Source: Pseudomonadota bacterium
GTDB taxonomy: Bacteria > Pseudomonadota > Gammaproteobacteria > UBA5335
DNA: 64,000 bases
Reading direction: 5' to 3'
NCBI GenBank assembly: GCA_034189165.1
Contig: JAXHVN010000024.1
Location: forward strand, 19,818 to 83,817
The notes beneath the pieces are model-generated. The model made no database searches and was not told the DNA's origin. It was given only the letters and a program-made list of their open reading frames with translations. Below are positions 52,057 to 62,487 of this stretch, in pieces. How positions within the stretch are numbered: position 1 is the stretch's first letter; each line of letters begins with the position of its first letter. Both the position numbers and the translations under genes were made by a program.

Positions 52057-54921
52057 ATGCGAATCCGCCGTTCCTGCCCGCTGTTGTTGAGCCTCCTGCT
52101 GGCGAGCCTGCTCGTCGGCTGCGAGCCCGAGACCCAACGCCCTGCCCCGGCTGCAGGGCCAGAGCCCACGGAGAGTCCCGTGACCGATACACCCGCATCC
52201 GCCGTCGAGGCGGCCCCGCAGAGTGCGCCGACTGTCGAACCGGCAGTCGCCGACGTGCTTTCCCAGCTGGACATCCCCTACACCATGGCGGTGCTGCCCA
52301 ATGGCCTGACGGTGGTGGTGCACGAGGATCACAAGGCGCCGCTGGTGGCGGTCAACGTCTGGTACCACGTGGGCTCGAAGAACGAGCACCCGGGCATCAC
52401 CGGCTTCGCGCACCTGTTCGAGCATCTGATGTTCAACGGCAGCGAACACTACGACGACGACTACTTCCGGCCCTTCGAGGAGGTCGGTGCCACCGACATG
52501 AACGGCACCACCAGCCAGGACCGCACCAACTACTTCCAGACCGTCCCCAAGACGGCGCTGGACCTGGCGCTGTGGATGGAATCGGACCGGATGGGCCATC
52601 TGCTCGGCGCGATCGACCAGGGCAAGCTCGACGAGCAGCGCGATGTGGTCAAGAACGAGAAGCGCCAGCGCGAGGGCGTGCCCTACGGCAAGGTCTGGGA
52701 GCTGATCGTCGAGCACACCTACCCGGAGGGCCACCCGTATTCCTGGACCACCATCGGTTCGATGGAGGATCTGGACGAGGCCGACCTGGACGATGTGCGG
52801 CGCTGGTTCGAAACCTACTATGGCGCCGCCAACGCCGTGCTGGTGATCGCCGGCGACGTGGACACCGAGCAGGCGCTGGAGAAGGCCCGGCGCTACTTCG
52901 GCGAGATTCCTGCCGGGCCGCCGGTCACCCACCCGCAGCGCAATCCGGCGCCGATGCTCGGCGATCGGCGGGCCCGGCATGAGGATCGCGTGGCGCAGGC
53001 CCGGCTCTACCAGGTCTGGAACCTGCCGGCCTGGGGCGAGCGGGAGACCCTGCACCTGCAGCTGGCGGCCGAGGTGCTCGGCGGCGGCAAGACCTCCCGC
53101 CTGTACCGGCGGCTGGTCGAGGAGGAGGGGCTGGCCACCGATGTTTCCGCCAGCGTCAGCACCGGTGAACTCGGCTCGCAGCTGTTCATCGTCGCCTCCG
53201 CGCGGCCGGAGGTCTCGCTGGGGCAGATCGAGCCGGTGATCGAAAAGGAGCTGGACGAGCTGCTGGCGCACGGCCCGACCACCGACGAGCTCGACCGGGT
53301 GAAGACCAGCATGCGCGCCGATCTGGTGCGCGGCCTGCAGAAGGTCGGCGGCTTCGGCGGCAAGGCTCAGATCCTCGCCCGCAGCACCGTCTACGCCGGC
53401 AGTCCCGATGCCTGGCGGCGCAATCTCGCCTTGGCGCTGCAGGCCGATTCCACGCAGGTGCGCGAGGCCGCACAGGCCTGGCTGCAGCGGGGCCGCTTCA
53501 CCCTGGAGGTGGTGCCGTTCCCGACCTACCAGACCGCCTCGTCCGACATCGATCGCAGCGCGCTGCCGTCGGTCGGTGCGCCGCCGGCGCTGGAATTTCC
53601 GCCGCTCGCCCGCACCACGCTCGCCAACGGTCTGGAGGTGGTGCTGGCGGAGCGCCGCGGGGCACCGCTGGTGGAATTCCGGCTGCTGACCGAGGCCGGC
53701 TATGCCGCCGACGAGCCGGGCGCGGCCGGCATTGCCAGTCTGGCGATGGAAATGCTGGAGGAGGGCACCGAGTCGCGCAGCTCGCAGCAGATCGCGCGCG
53801 AGCAGGAGGAGCTCGGGGCCGAGATCGGCGTCAGCAGCGGGCTGGACAAGAGTACCGTGGCGCTCTCCACCCTGACCGATCAGCTCGAGCCCTCGCTGGC
53901 GCTCTACGCCGACATCATCCGCAATCCATCCTTTCCCGAGCGCGAGCTGGCGCGGCTGCGCCAGCAGCGGCTGGCGGAGATCGCCCAGGAAAAGACCGAG
54001 CCTACCGCGATCGCCATGCGGGTGCTGCCGCCGCTGCTGTACGGCGAGGGTCACGCCTATGCGCAGCCGCTGACCGGAACGGGCTATGAGGCCGTCGTGC
54101 GCGAGGTCGATCGCGAGCAGCTCGCGCAGTTCTACCGGCGCTGGGTCCGGCCGGACACGGCGCAGCTGGTCGTGGTCGGCGACATCAGCATGGACCGGCT
54201 CGAGCCGCTGCTGGCCGAGAGCCTCGGTGACTGGCAGGCGCCGGCCGACGCGGCACCGGCCAAGCAGCTGGCCGAGCCGCCTGTGGCCGAACGCCCGCGC
54301 GTGTACCTGATCGACCGGCCCGGTTACGAGCAGTCGCTGATCTTCGCCGGGCTGCTGACGCCGCCGACCGGCGGCAGCGAGGACATCCCGCTGAAGACCG
54401 CCAACACGCTGTTCGGCGGCATGTTCAGCTCTCGCGTGAACATGAACCTGCGCGAGGACAAGGGCTGGACCTACGGTGCGCGCAGCATGCTGCCCGACGC
54501 GCTGGGCCAGCGGCCGTGGATGCTCTACGCGCCGGTACAGCGCGACAAGACCGCCGAGTCCATCGGCGAGATGCTGGCCGAGATCGCAGCGCTGCGGGGC
54601 GACAAGCCGATCAACGCCGAGGAACTGGCCAAGGCGCAGAAGAACATGACGCTCAAGTTGCCCGGCAGCAACGAGACCATGAGCCAGCTGGCCGGCAGCA
54701 TCGGCAAGATCGTCACCTACGAACTGCCGGACGACTACTACGAGCGCTTCGTCGACGACGTGCGTGCGCTGGCGCCGGCGGCGGTGCAGGCGAGTGCGGA
54801 GGCGAACATCGATGCCGACCGCCTGTTGTGGGTGATCGTGGGCGACCTCGACGTCGTGCGTGAGGAGGTCGAGTCGCTCGATCTCGGACCGATCGAGGTA
54901 ATCCCGGCGCAGCAGGGCTAG
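52057..54921 (+). CDS. M16 family (pitrilysin/insulinase-like) zinc peptidase, double-unit lipoprotein
   Basis: Lipobox LLVGC and the inverted zinc motif HLFEHLMFNGS. The 954 aa contain two M16 active/inactive unit pairs. Confidence 0.85.
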   Translation: MRIRRSCPLLLSLLLASLLVGCEPETQRPAPAAGPEPTESPVTDTPASAVEAAPQSAPTVEPAVADVLSQLDIPYTMAVLPNGLTVVVHEDHKAPLVAVNVWYHVGSKNEHPGITGFAHLFEHLMFNGSEHYDDDYFRPFEEVGATDMNGTTSQDRTNYFQTVPKTALDLALWMESDRMGHLLGAIDQGKLDEQRDVVKNEKRQREGVPYGKVWELIVEHTYPEGHPYSWTTIGSMEDLDEADLDDVRRWFETYYGAANAVLVIAGDVDTEQALEKARRYFGEIPAGPPVTHPQRNPAPMLGDRRARHEDRVAQARLYQVWNLPAWGERETLHLQLAAEVLGGGKTSRLYRRLVEEEGLATDVSASVSTGELGSQLFIVASARPEVSLGQIEPVIEKELDELLAHGPTTDELDRVKTSMRADLVRGLQKVGGFGGKAQILARSTVYAGSPDAWRRNLALALQADSTQVREAAQAWLQRGRFTLEVVPFPTYQTASSDIDRSALPSVGAPPALEFPPLARTTLANGLEVVLAERRGAPLVEFRLLTEAGYAADEPGAAGIASLAMEMLEEGTESRSSQQIAREQEELGAEIGVSSGLDKSTVALSTLTDQLEPSLALYADIIRNPSFPERELARLRQQRLAEIAQEKTEPTAIAMRVLPPLLYGEGHAYAQPLTGTGYEAVVREVDREQLAQFYRRWVRPDTAQLVVVGDISMDRLEPLLAESLGDWQAPADAAPAKQLAEPPVAERPRVYLIDRPGYEQSLIFAGLLTPPTGGSEDIPLKTANTLFGGMFSSRVNMNLREDKGWTYGARSMLPDALGQRPWMLYAPVQRDKTAESIGEMLAEIAALRGDKPINAEELAKAQKNMTLKLPGSNETMSQLAGSIGKIVTYELPDDYYERFVDDVRALAPAAVQASAEANIDADRLLWVIVGDLDVVREEVESLDLGPIEVIPAQQG

Positions 54922-55012
54922 CGGCAGCAGGCCCCCATCGTCGAGGCGCGCACGCCCGGCACCGGTCGCCGGTGTGGCGCGGGGGAGGGCGGGTGGCCCG
55001 GCCCTTCGCCTG

Positions 55013-56314
55013 TCACTCGCCGGCGATGAGGTGAAAGAACGTGCCGGTGACCTGGCCGCGGCGCGAGCCGGTCTCGGACACCGGAGCGCCGTCGGCATCC
55101 GCCACGGCCGCGAGCGGCGGGTCGGGCGTCTCGAGGACGGTGGCGTAGTGGAACTCGTGCCCGCGCAGCGCCGCGCCGGCGGCGAAGCCCGGCATGGGTG
55201 CGGCAAGGATCGCGCGGCGGTAGCCGAGGTGGAGCCGGCGGGTTTCGTAGCTGGTCACCAGCCCGAGCAGACCGGCCATCGGGTGCCGCACGCCCTGCCG
55301 GTCGATCAGCGCCGCGCCCAGCGCCATGTAGCCGCCGCACTCGCCGTGCACGGGGCGTGTCCGGGCATGGGCGTGCAGCCCGGCGCGGAAGGTATGCGCC
55401 GCCGCCAGCCGCTCGGCATGCAGTTCGGGATAGCCGCCGGGTAGCCAGACCAGCTCGGCCGAGGGGTCCGGTGGCTCGTCGGCGAGCGGCGAGAACGGCA
55501 GGATCTCGGCGCCCGCCTCGCGCCAGCCGGCGAGGATGTGAGGATAGGTGAAGGCGAAGGCCGCGTCGCGGGCCAGCGCGATCCGCCGGGCGGGCGGCGG
55601 CGGTGGCCGGCCGGGCACCGGCAGTGGGGATGCCGCGGCCGCGGCGCGCAGCGGGCCGAGGTCGACATGCTCGCGCAGGAACGCGGCGTGACGCACGATC
55701 GCGGCTTCGAGATCGGGATGCTCGACCGCCTGGACAAGGCCGAGATGGCGTTCAGGCAGGGTCAGCTCGCCGCGCCGGGGCAACGCGCCCAGCACCGGCA
55801 GCCCCGCCCGTTCCATGCCCAGCCGGACCAGTCGTTCGTGCCGGGGCGAGGCGACGCGGTTCAGGATCACGCCGGCGAAGGGCAGGTCCGGCGCGTGGGC
55901 GGCGAAGCCTGCCGCCGTGGCCGCCGCCGATTGGGCCTGCCCGCTCACATCCAGTACCAGTACCACCGGCCAGCCCATGCGCCGGGCGGTCTCGGCGGAC
56001 GAGCCGTATCCGGCGCGGCCCGCCGTGGCGACGCCGTCGAACAGCCCCATCGAGCCCTCGGCCACGCAGATCTGCGCCCCCTCGGCGCGGGTCGCCATGG
56101 CGGCCAGCAGGTCTTCGCCCATCGCCCAGCTGTCGAGATTGAACGAGGGACGGCCGGCGGCCGCGAGGTGGAAGGCGGGGTCGATGTAGTCGGGGCCGGA
56201 CTTGAACGGCTGGACGACCAGCCCCTCGTCGGCCAAGGCCCGCAGCAGGCCCAGCATCACCGTGGTCTTGCCGGAGCCGGAGGCCGGCGCCGAGACGAGC
56301 AGGCCGGGGATCAT
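55013..56314 (-). CDS. cobB: Cobyrinate a,c-diamide synthase
   Basis: APASGSGKTTV P-loop, a CbiA-family core and a C-terminal GATase domain (HGECGGYM, GHEFHY). Confidence 0.85.
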   Translation of the reverse strand: MIPGLLVSAPASGSGKTTVMLGLLRALADEGLVVQPFKSGPDYIDPAFHLAAAGRPSFNLDSWAMGEDLLAAMATRAEGAQICVAEGSMGLFDGVATAGRAGYGSSAETARRMGWPVVLVLDVSGQAQSAAATAAGFAAHAPDLPFAGVILNRVASPRHERLVRLGMERAGLPVLGALPRRGELTLPERHLGLVQAVEHPDLEAAIVRHAAFLREHVDLGPLRAAAAASPLPVPGRPPPPPARRIALARDAAFAFTYPHILAGWREAGAEILPFSPLADEPPDPSAELVWLPGGYPELHAERLAAAHTFRAGLHAHARTRPVHGECGGYMALGAALIDRQGVRHPMAGLLGLVTSYETRRLHLGYRRAILAAPMPGFAAGAALRGHEFHYATVLETPDPPLAAVADADGAPVSETGSRRGQVTGTFFHLIAGE

Positions 56315-56546
56315 GGCCACCCCGGGCGGAGCGGGGCGAACGGGCGCGCAGTCATCTGCATGGCTCCATTGCATCGAGTCGGGGCCGAGCGGCGCGGTGA
56401 TCATGATCCGCGTGCCGCCAGGGCCGTGGGGGCGGGCCAGGCCGGGACCGAGGCGGCCAGGGGCGGGTGCTCGCGCCGCGCAGTCGGCCGCGCGGGCGAG
56501 CCCATGCCGCCGCCACCGCGGGCGGCATGGTGCCTGCGCAGCGCCG

Positions 56547-57338
56547 CTAGCGGCCGCTCTCGCGGCGGTGCGCCTCCACCTCGCGATAGCCCGGCACCAG
56601 CAGGCGGGCCAGCACGATGCCGAGTTCGTACAGCAGGTAGGTCGGCACGGCCAGCAGTGTCTGCGAGATGATGTCCGGCGGTGTCAGCAGCATGCCGACG
56701 ATGAACACGCCGACGATCACGTAGGGCCGCTTGGCGGTGAGCGCCGCCGGCGTGGTGAGCCCGCTCCAGACCAGGAGGATGATCACTACCGGGATCTCGA
56801 AGGCGAAGCCGAAGGCGAAGAACACGGTGATGACGAAGTCGAGATAGCTGGCGATGTCAGTCATCATCGCCACGCCCTCCGGCACCACCGAGGTGACGAA
56901 GCCGAACACCAGCGGCAGCACGGCGTAATAGGCGAAGGCGACGCCGGCGTAGAACAGCACGATGCTGAGCCCGAGCAGCGGGTAGGCGAGCCGCTTCTCG
57001 TGCTGGTAGAGCCCGGGCGAGATGAAGCCCCACGCCTGCCACAGCGCCACCGGCATCGCCAGGAACACCGCGGTGATCAGCGCCAGCTTGAAGGGCGTCA
57101 GGAACGGCGAGATGACCTGGGTGGCGATCATGCTGGTCTCGACCGGCAGGTGCTGCAGCAGCGGCCCCGCCAGCAGGGTGAACAGCTCGTTGGCGTACAG
57201 GCCGAGCGGCAGGAACAGCGCCAGCACGACCACGATCACCCGCAGCAGGCGCTGGCGCAGCTCCACCAGATGGCTCAGCAGCGGCTGCGCCTCCAGGGTC
57301 TCCGGCGCATCGTCCTCGTCAGGCGTCTGGGCGGACAT
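56547..57338 (-). CDS. tatC: Sec-independent protein translocase TatC
   Basis: LLSHLVELRQRL, six TM helices and the TatC signature (SPGLYxxEK). I chose the ATG at 57338, which overlaps the tatB 3' end. Confidence 0.9.
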   Translation of the reverse strand: MSAQTPDEDDAPETLEAQPLLSHLVELRQRLLRVIVVVLALFLPLGLYANELFTLLAGPLLQHLPVETSMIATQVISPFLTPFKLALITAVFLAMPVALWQAWGFISPGLYQHEKRLAYPLLGLSIVLFYAGVAFAYYAVLPLVFGFVTSVVPEGVAMMTDIASYLDFVITVFFAFGFAFEIPVVIILLVWSGLTTPAALTAKRPYVIVGVFIVGMLLTPPDIISQTLLAVPTYLLYELGIVLARLLVPGYREVEAHRRESGR

Positions 57339-57675
57339 CGCCGGTCGTCTCGGTATCGTCGCGGGCAATCGCGCCGGGCGGGGTGGGCGCCGTGGGCTTG
57401 CGCGGCGGCGCGGCGTCGGCGCGGGTGTCCTCTTCCAGCGTCGCCAGTTCCTGCTTCAGCTGGTCGATCTGCTCGGCTTCCTCGCGCAGCTGCTCCTGCA
57501 GCTCTGCCAGGCGCAGCTCGCGTTCGATGTCACGTCGCGCGGAGTCCACGAAGCCGCGCACCTGGCGCAGCCAGAGCATGCCGCGGCGCAGGGTGCTGGG
57601 CAGCCGGTCGGGGCCGACCACCAGCAGCGTGACGATCGCGACCAGCACCAGCTCCCAGAAGCCGATGTCCAGCAT
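57319..57675 (-). CDS. tatB: Sec-independent protein translocase TatB
   Basis: MLDIGFWELVLVAIVTLLVVGPDRLP is a typical TatB N-terminus. Confidence 0.9.
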   Translation of the reverse strand: MLDIGFWELVLVAIVTLLVVGPDRLPSTLRRGMLWLRQVRGFVDSARRDIERELRLAELQEQLREEAEQIDQLKQELATLEEDTRADAAPPRKPTAPTPPGAIARDDTETTGDVRPDA

Positions 57676-57696
57676 CGTGAGCTGTCCGCGCCCGCG

Positions 57697-57930
57697 CTAG
57701 CGGGTTTCGCCGTGGCGGTCCCGGTGCTGTTCGGCCTTGGCGTCGATGGTTTCGTGGCTGCGATCCTGCAGCGACTTGTCCTTGTCTTCTTCCTCGCCCA
57801 TGGCGTTGCGGAAGCCCTTGACCGAGGCGCCGAGATCGCTGCCGAGATTGCGCAGGCGGCGGGTGCCGAACAGCAGCGCGACGATCACCAGGACGATCAG
57901 CAGCTGCCAGATACTGATACCGCTCAACAT
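57697..57930 (-). CDS. tatA: Sec-independent protein translocase TatA
   Basis: [34 protein letters not shown] is a typical TatA N-terminus. Confidence 0.9.
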   Translation of the reverse strand: MLSGISIWQLLIVLVIVALLFGTRRLRNLGSDLGASVKGFRNAMGEEEDKDKSLQDRSHETIDAKAEQHRDRHGETR

Positions 57931-57934
57931 GTAG

Positions 57935-58285
57935 TCACTCCCCGCGGGGCGCTGCCCGCGCTGCCTTTTCGTCGTGGCCGGAGACGCCGAAGCGGCGGGC
58001 GAGTTCACCCAGCACCTCGTCCGGCGCCACGCCACGCTGGACCATCAACACCAGACTGTGGAACCACAAGTCGGCCAGCTCGCCGATGAGCGCCTGCTGG
58101 TCCTCGTTCTTCGCCGCGACGATCGTTTCGGTGGCTTCCTCGCCGAGCTTCTTCAGGATGACGTCCAGCCCGCGGTGATAGAGGCTGGCGACGTAGGAGG
58201 ATGCCGGATCGGCCTCGCGCCGTGCCTGCAGCACGGCGTGCAGGCGCTCCAAGATATCGTGCGACGCCATCGTATCACTGGCCAT
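57935..58285 (-). CDS. hisE: Phosphoribosyl-ATP pyrophosphatase
   Basis: [30 protein letters not shown]...ELADLWFH. An alternative start lies at 58270. Confidence 0.9.
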   Translation of the reverse strand: MASDTMASHDILERLHAVLQARREADPASSYVASLYHRGLDVILKKLGEEATETIVAAKNEDQQALIGELADLWFHSLVLMVQRGVAPDEVLGELARRFGVSGHDEKAARAAPRGE

Positions 58286-58299
58286 GTGACAGCGCCGTC

Positions 58300-58689
58300 T
58301 CAGTGGGTGCCGTAGATCGCGGCCGGATCGCGCCGCACCGGCTCGGCGACGCGCCAGGCGCCATCCTCGGCACGGCGGTAGAAGCAGCTCTGGCGGCCGG
58401 TGTGGCAGGCGATCCCGCCACGCTGGGTGACCAGCAGCACAATGGCGTCACCGTCGCAGTCGAGGCGGATCTCGTGCAGATGCTGCGTGTGGCCGGACTG
58501 CTCGCCCTTGCGCCACAGGCGCCCGCGCGAGCGCGAGTAGTACACCGCCTGATCGCCCGACAGCGTCAGCTCCAGCGCCTCGCGGTTCATCCACGCCAGC
58601 ATCAGCACCCGGCCGGTTTCCACGTCCTGCGCGATCGCCGCGACCAGGCCGTCGGCATTCCAGTGCACGGCATCGATCAGCTCGTTCAT
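58300..58689 (-). CDS. hisI: Phosphoribosyl-AMP cyclohydrolase
   Basis: GLVAAIAQD...[12 protein letters not shown]...[18 protein letters not shown]...DCDGDAI. Confidence 0.9.
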   Translation of the reverse strand: MNELIDAVHWNADGLVAAIAQDVETGRVLMLAWMNREALELTLSGDQAVYYSRSRGRLWRKGEQSGHTQHLHEIRLDCDGDAIVLLVTQRGGIACHTGRQSCFYRRAEDGAWRVAEPVRRDPAAIYGTH

Positions 58690-58729
58690 GCGGTCATGGT
58701 AGCAGGGCGCCCGGTGCAGGCGACGGATG

Positions 58730-59497
58730 CTAGGCGCCGTCGCGCACCGGGATGCCGGCGGCGCGCAGGTGCGCCTTGGCCTCGCCCACAGTGTGTTCGC
58801 CGAAGTGGAAGATGCTGGCTGCGAGCACGGCGTCGGCATTGCCCTCGAGGATGCCGGCGGCGAGATCGGCCAATCCGCCGACGCCGCCGGAGGCGATGAA
58901 CGGCAGGTCGACGGCGTCGGCGATCGCGCGGTTCAGGGCGTTGTCGAAGCCCGTCCGTGTGCCGTCGCGGTCCATGCTGGTCACCAGCAGTTCACCGGCG
59001 CCGGCGGCAGCCATGCGCCGTGCCCAGTCGATGGCATCGAGGCCGGTGGGCCGGCGGCCGCCGTGGGTGAAGATCTCCCAGCGCTGCGGTTCCACCCGCT
59101 TGGCGTCGATGGCCACCACGATGCACTGCGAGCCGAAGCGCTCGGCGGCCTCGGCGACGAAGTCGGGATCGCGCACGGCGGCGGTGTTGATCGAGACCTT
59201 GTCGGCACCGGCGTTGAGCAGGCGGCGGATGTCCTCGCAGCTGCGCACGCCGCCACCCACCGTCAGCGGGATGAACACCTCGGCCGCCACCTGCTCGACC
59301 ACGTGCACCAGCGTGCGCCGGTCGTCGCTCGAGGCGGTGATGTCGAGAAAGCACAGCTCGTCGGCACCCTGCGCGTCGTAGCGGCGGGCGACCTCCACCG
59401 GATCACCGGCATCGCGGATGTCGAGGAAGCGCACGCCCTTGACGACGCGCCCGCCGTCGACATCCAGGCAGGGGATGATGCGCCGGGCGAGGGCCAC
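58730..59497 (-). CDS. hisF: Imidazole glycerol phosphate synthase cyclase subunit
   Basis: [17 protein letters not shown]...[16 protein letters not shown] start at 59497. Confidence 0.9.
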   Translation of the reverse strand: MALARRIIPCLDVDGGRVVKGVRFLDIRDAGDPVEVARRYDAQGADELCFLDITASSDDRRTLVHVVEQVAAEVFIPLTVGGGVRSCEDIRRLLNAGADKVSINTAAVRDPDFVAEAAERFGSQCIVVAIDAKRVEPQRWEIFTHGGRRPTGLDAIDWARRMAAAGAGELLVTSMDRDGTRTGFDNALNRAIADAVDLPFIASGGVGGLADLAAGILEGNADAVLAASIFHFGEHTVGEAKAHLRAAGIPVRDGA

Positions 59498-59498
59498 C

Positions 59499-60230
59499 TC
59501 AGCGGGCGTCGACGATCCGCTGCGCCGCGGCGAGGTCCAGCTGGCCCTCATACAGCGCGCGGCCGATGATCGCGCCGCAGACGCCATCCTCCTCGCTGGC
59601 GCACAGCCGGTGCACGTCGTCCAGCGAGCTGACGCCGCCCGAGGCGATGACCGGAATGCGCACGCTGCGTGCGAGTTCCACGGTGCTGTCGAGGTTGAAG
59701 CCGCCCATCATGCCGTCGCGGCTGATATCGGTGTAGATGATGGCCTCGACGCCGTCGCTTTCCAGCTGCTGGGCGAGATCGACGGCGGAATGATTGGACA
59801 GCTTGGACCAGCCGTCGGTGGCGACCTTGCCGTTCTTCGCGTCCAGGCCGACGATGACGTGGCCGGGAAATTCCAGGCACAGGTCGTTGACGAAGTGCGG
59901 CGTGTGCACCGCCTTGGTGCCGATCACTACGTAATCCACGCCGGCGTCGAGATAGGCCAGCACCGTCTCCTCGTCGCGGATGCCGCCGCCGACCTGGAGC
60001 GAGAGCTCCGGATTCGCCTCGCGGATCCGGCTGATCAGCGCCGCGTGCACCGGCACGCCCTGGCTGGCGCCGTCCAGATCCACCAGATGCAGCCGCTTGG
60101 CGCCGGCCGCGGCCCATCTGCCGGCGGTCGCCACCGGATCATGGGAGAAGACGGTGACATCGTCCATCCGTCCCTGGCGAAGCCGTACGCATTTGCCATC
60201 CTTCAGATCGATGGCCGGAATCAAGAGCAT
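59499..60230 (-). CDS. hisA: ProFAR isomerase (1-(5-phosphoribosyl)-5-[(5-phosphoribosylamino)methylideneamino]imidazole-4-carboxamide isomerase)
   Basis: [20 protein letters not shown]...LHLVDLDGA. Confidence 0.9.
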   Translation of the reverse strand: MLLIPAIDLKDGKCVRLRQGRMDDVTVFSHDPVATAGRWAAAGAKRLHLVDLDGASQGVPVHAALISRIREANPELSLQVGGGIRDEETVLAYLDAGVDYVVIGTKAVHTPHFVNDLCLEFPGHVIVGLDAKNGKVATDGWSKLSNHSAVDLAQQLESDGVEAIIYTDISRDGMMGGFNLDSTVELARSVRIPVIASGGVSSLDDVHRLCASEEDGVCGAIIGRALYEGQLDLAAAQRIVDAR

Positions 60231-60265
60231 GGTAGCGGTCCCGTAAACCCGTCGACTCGAAGCGA

Positions 60266-60910
60266 TCAAGCGCCCTGCCAGGCCACGAAGTTGCGCAACA
60301 GGCGCAGGCCGGCATGCTGGCTCTTTTCAGGATGAAACTGTACCGCAAACAGATTGCCGCTCGCCAAGGCGCTGGCGATCTCGACGCCGTAGTGAGTCTG
60401 GCCGGCGATCGCCGGATGCGCGGCAGCCACGTGGTAGCTGTGCACGAAATAGAAGCGTTCACCCGCCGCGAGCCCGGCCCAGACCGGATGATCCTGCGTC
60501 GGCCGCACGGTATTCCAGCCCATGTGGGGGATGCGGATGGCGCGGCCGCCCGGCGTTTCGGGCAGACCAGCCGGAAAGCGCGTGACGGTGCCGGGCAGCA
60601 GCCCGAGGCAATCGGTGCCGCCATTCTCCTCGCTGTGGGCCACCACCGCCTGCAGCCCGAGGCACACGCCCAGCACCGGCTTTTGCGCGATCAGCTCGCC
60701 GAGCAGCCGGTCGAGCCCCTGCGTGCGCAGCCGCTGCATGCACTGGCCGATCGCGCCCTGGCCGGGGAAGACTACCCGATCGGCGGCGTGCAACTCCTCG
60801 GCGCGATCGGTGATCTGCACGTGCGCCTCGGGCGCGACGTGTTCGAACGCCTTGGCGATCGAGTGCAGATTCCCCATCCCGTAGTCGAGGATGGCGATGT
60901 GCTGGGCCAT
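60266..60910 (-). CDS. hisH: Imidazole glycerol phosphate synthase glutaminase subunit
   Basis: [17 protein letters not shown]...GVCLGLQ...VQFHPEKS. Confidence 0.9.
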   Translation of the reverse strand: MAQHIAILDYGMGNLHSIAKAFEHVAPEAHVQITDRAEELHAADRVVFPGQGAIGQCMQRLRTQGLDRLLGELIAQKPVLGVCLGLQAVVAHSEENGGTDCLGLLPGTVTRFPAGLPETPGGRAIRIPHMGWNTVRPTQDHPVWAGLAAGERFYFVHSYHVAAAHPAIAGQTHYGVEIASALASGNLFAVQFHPEKSQHAGLRLLRNFVAWQGA

Positions 60911-60929
60911 GAATCCGTCGCCCTCGCGC

Positions 60930-61547
60930 CTACAGGACACCCTTGGTCGAGGGCATGGCCTCACCCTGGCGCGGATCGCGCGCCGCGGCGGCACGCAGCG
61001 CGCGGCCGAACGCCTTGAACACCGTTTCCGCCACGTGGTGCGCGTTGGTGCCCTTCAGGTTGTCGATGTGCACCGTCGCCTGCGCATGGTTGACGAAGCC
61101 CTGGAAGAACTCGCGCAGCAGGTCCACATCGAAGTTGCCGATGCGCGCCCGCGGGTACTCCACGGCGTAGAACAACCCCGGCCGGCCGGAGAAGTCGATG
61201 ACCACGCGCGAGAGCGCCTCGTCCAGCGGCACGTAGGCGTGTCCGTAGCGCATGATGCCGCGTCGGTCGGCCAGGGCCGCGGCCACGGCCTGGCCCAGCA
61301 CGATGCCGACATCCTCCACCGTGTGATGATCGTCGATCTCGAGATCGCCGCGGGCGTGGACGCGCAGGTCAATCACGCCGTGGCGCGCCACCTGCGTCAG
61401 CATGTGCTCGAGGAACGGCACGCCGGTCGCGAACTCGGCCGCGCCGTTGCCGTCGAGGTCGATCTCGACCTCGATCTGGGTTTCGAGCGTGTCGCGCTTG
61501 ATGAGGGCCCGGCGGTTGGTCCGGGTCAGCCGTGGATCTGCAACCAT
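60930..61547 (-). CDS. hisB: Imidazoleglycerol-phosphate dehydratase
   Basis: [16 protein letters not shown]...[14 protein letters not shown]...GTNAHHVAE. Confidence 0.9.
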   Translation of the reverse strand: MVADPRLTRTNRRALIKRDTLETQIEVEIDLDGNGAAEFATGVPFLEHMLTQVARHGVIDLRVHARGDLEIDDHHTVEDVGIVLGQAVAAALADRRGIMRYGHAYVPLDEALSRVVIDFSGRPGLFYAVEYPRARIGNFDVDLLREFFQGFVNHAQATVHIDNLKGTNAHHVAETVFKAFGRALRAAAARDPRQGEAMPSTKGVL

Positions 61548-61590
61548 GCCGCTATGATAGCGCGGCCCGCTGCCGGCGCGGCGAATCACC

Positions 61591-62028
61591 TCAGCCTTCC
61601 AGCCAGAACGTCACCGGCCCATGGTTGGTGAGGGCGACCTCCATTTCGGCGCCGAAGCGGCCGGTCTGCACCGGCACCTGCCAGCCGCAGGCGTGCCCGA
61701 CCAGTGCCGCGAACAGCGGCTCGGCCAGCGCTGGCGGCGCCGCTGGCGCGAAGGAGGGCCGGTTGCCCCGGTCGGTGGCGGCGGCCAGCGTGAACTGCGG
61801 GACCAGCAGCAGTCCGCCGCCCGTGTCGAGCAGCGAACGGTTCATGCGACCGGCGTCATCGGCGAAGACCCGGTAGCGGACGATCCGTTCGGCCAGCCGG
61901 GCGGCGCTGGCGGCGCTGTCCTGCCGGCGCACGCCGATCAGTGCCAGCAGCCCGCTGCCGATGTGGCCGACGCGTTCACCGGCAACGCATACCTCTGCCT
62001 GCCGCACCCGCTGGAGTAGCGCGATCAT
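61591..62028 (-). CDS. dtd: D-aminoacyl-tRNA deacylase
   Basis: MIALLQRV...[10 protein letters not shown]...[11 protein letters not shown]...GNRPSF...[11 protein letters not shown] chose the internal ATG at 62028. Confidence 0.9.
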   Translation of the reverse strand: MIALLQRVRQAEVCVAGERVGHIGSGLLALIGVRRQDSAASAARLAERIVRYRVFADDAGRMNRSLLDTGGGLLLVPQFTLAAATDRGNRPSFAPAAPPALAEPLFAALVGHACGWQVPVQTGRFGAEMEVALTNHGPVTFWLEG

Positions 62029-62067
62029 GGGTCCGATCCTGTCCGTGATGCCATCGCGAGTGCCCTG

Positions 62068-62085
62068 CGTAAGCATTTTCCTACA
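62068..62085 (+). promoter_or_regulatory. GacA/UvrY-box-like upstream activating sequence
   Basis: cGTAAGcattttCcTACA matches the consensus TGTAAG-N6-CTTACA at 10 of 12 defined positions. It is centred about 70 nt upstream of the inferred sRNA 5' end, and GATAAC at 62134..62139 is a possible -10. Confidence 0.5.
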
Positions 62086-62146
62086 CGAAACCGATCGGAA
62101 CACCGACTGGTGTCCGTCGGCCCGGATCGGCAGGATAACCGCCGTG

Positions 62147-62466
62147 CCGACAAGGACAACGCGACGAGGGATCGACGCACGCAACGGAATGCGCAGGGAA
62201 GATCCGGCGGCCAGGAGGGACGCCGCGCTCGCAGGAAGCAATAACGGACACGGCACGGACAGGGATAGCAAGGACGCGGCGCAGGAAGCGCTTGCAGGGA
62301 AGCATCATCATCGCGATCACTGGCAGCCAGGACGGCACAACAACAGCAGGCCAGATGCGGGCAGGACGCCACAGGACGTAGAAGCGATGCGCATACGAGG
62401 ACTCAGAACGCCTCAGGCCTGAATCAGGCCGACGCGGCCCCGGGTGGTTTCCACCCGGGGTTTTTT
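62147..62466 (+). ncRNA. Candidate CsrB/RsmY/RsmZ-class CsrA(RsmA)-sequestering sRNA (5' end approximate)
   Basis: A region of about 320 nt with no credible ORF and 17 GGA motifs, mostly CAGGA, CAGGGA, ACGGA or AAGGA. Several sit in small hairpin loops, for example GCGC-AGGAA-GCGC at about 62280. It ends in a strand-specific intrinsic terminator. Confidence 0.65.
62438..62466 (+). terminator. Rho-independent terminator (plus strand)
   Basis: CCCCGGGTGG-ttt-CCACCCGGGG followed by TTTTTT. The U-run exists only on the plus-strand transcript. Confidence 0.8.
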
Positions 62467-62487
62467 GTGCGCTGCCCGCGCCGCCGT

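Noticed and set aside
56315-56546. A possible cobalamin riboswitch in the 232-nt gap upstream of cobB.
   Set aside because: Reading the minus strand, I find no B12-box-like core (GCCACTG-type) and no GGGAA/GGTG-AA-TCC conserved elements. There is only a GC hairpin that is probably the tatC terminator.
57319-62028. The order dtd-hisBHAF-hisI-hisE-tatABC as a possible novelty.
   Set aside because: This arrangement, with separate hisI and hisE immediately followed by tatABC, is a well-known conserved synteny in beta- and gammaproteobacteria.
61961-62422. A 153-aa plus-strand ORF spanning the dtd/PhzF intergenic region.
   Set aside because: It starts antisense inside dtd, is Arg/Asp/His-rich with no hydrophobic core, and has no RBS. 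The region is better explained as a GGA-repeat sRNA with its own terminator.
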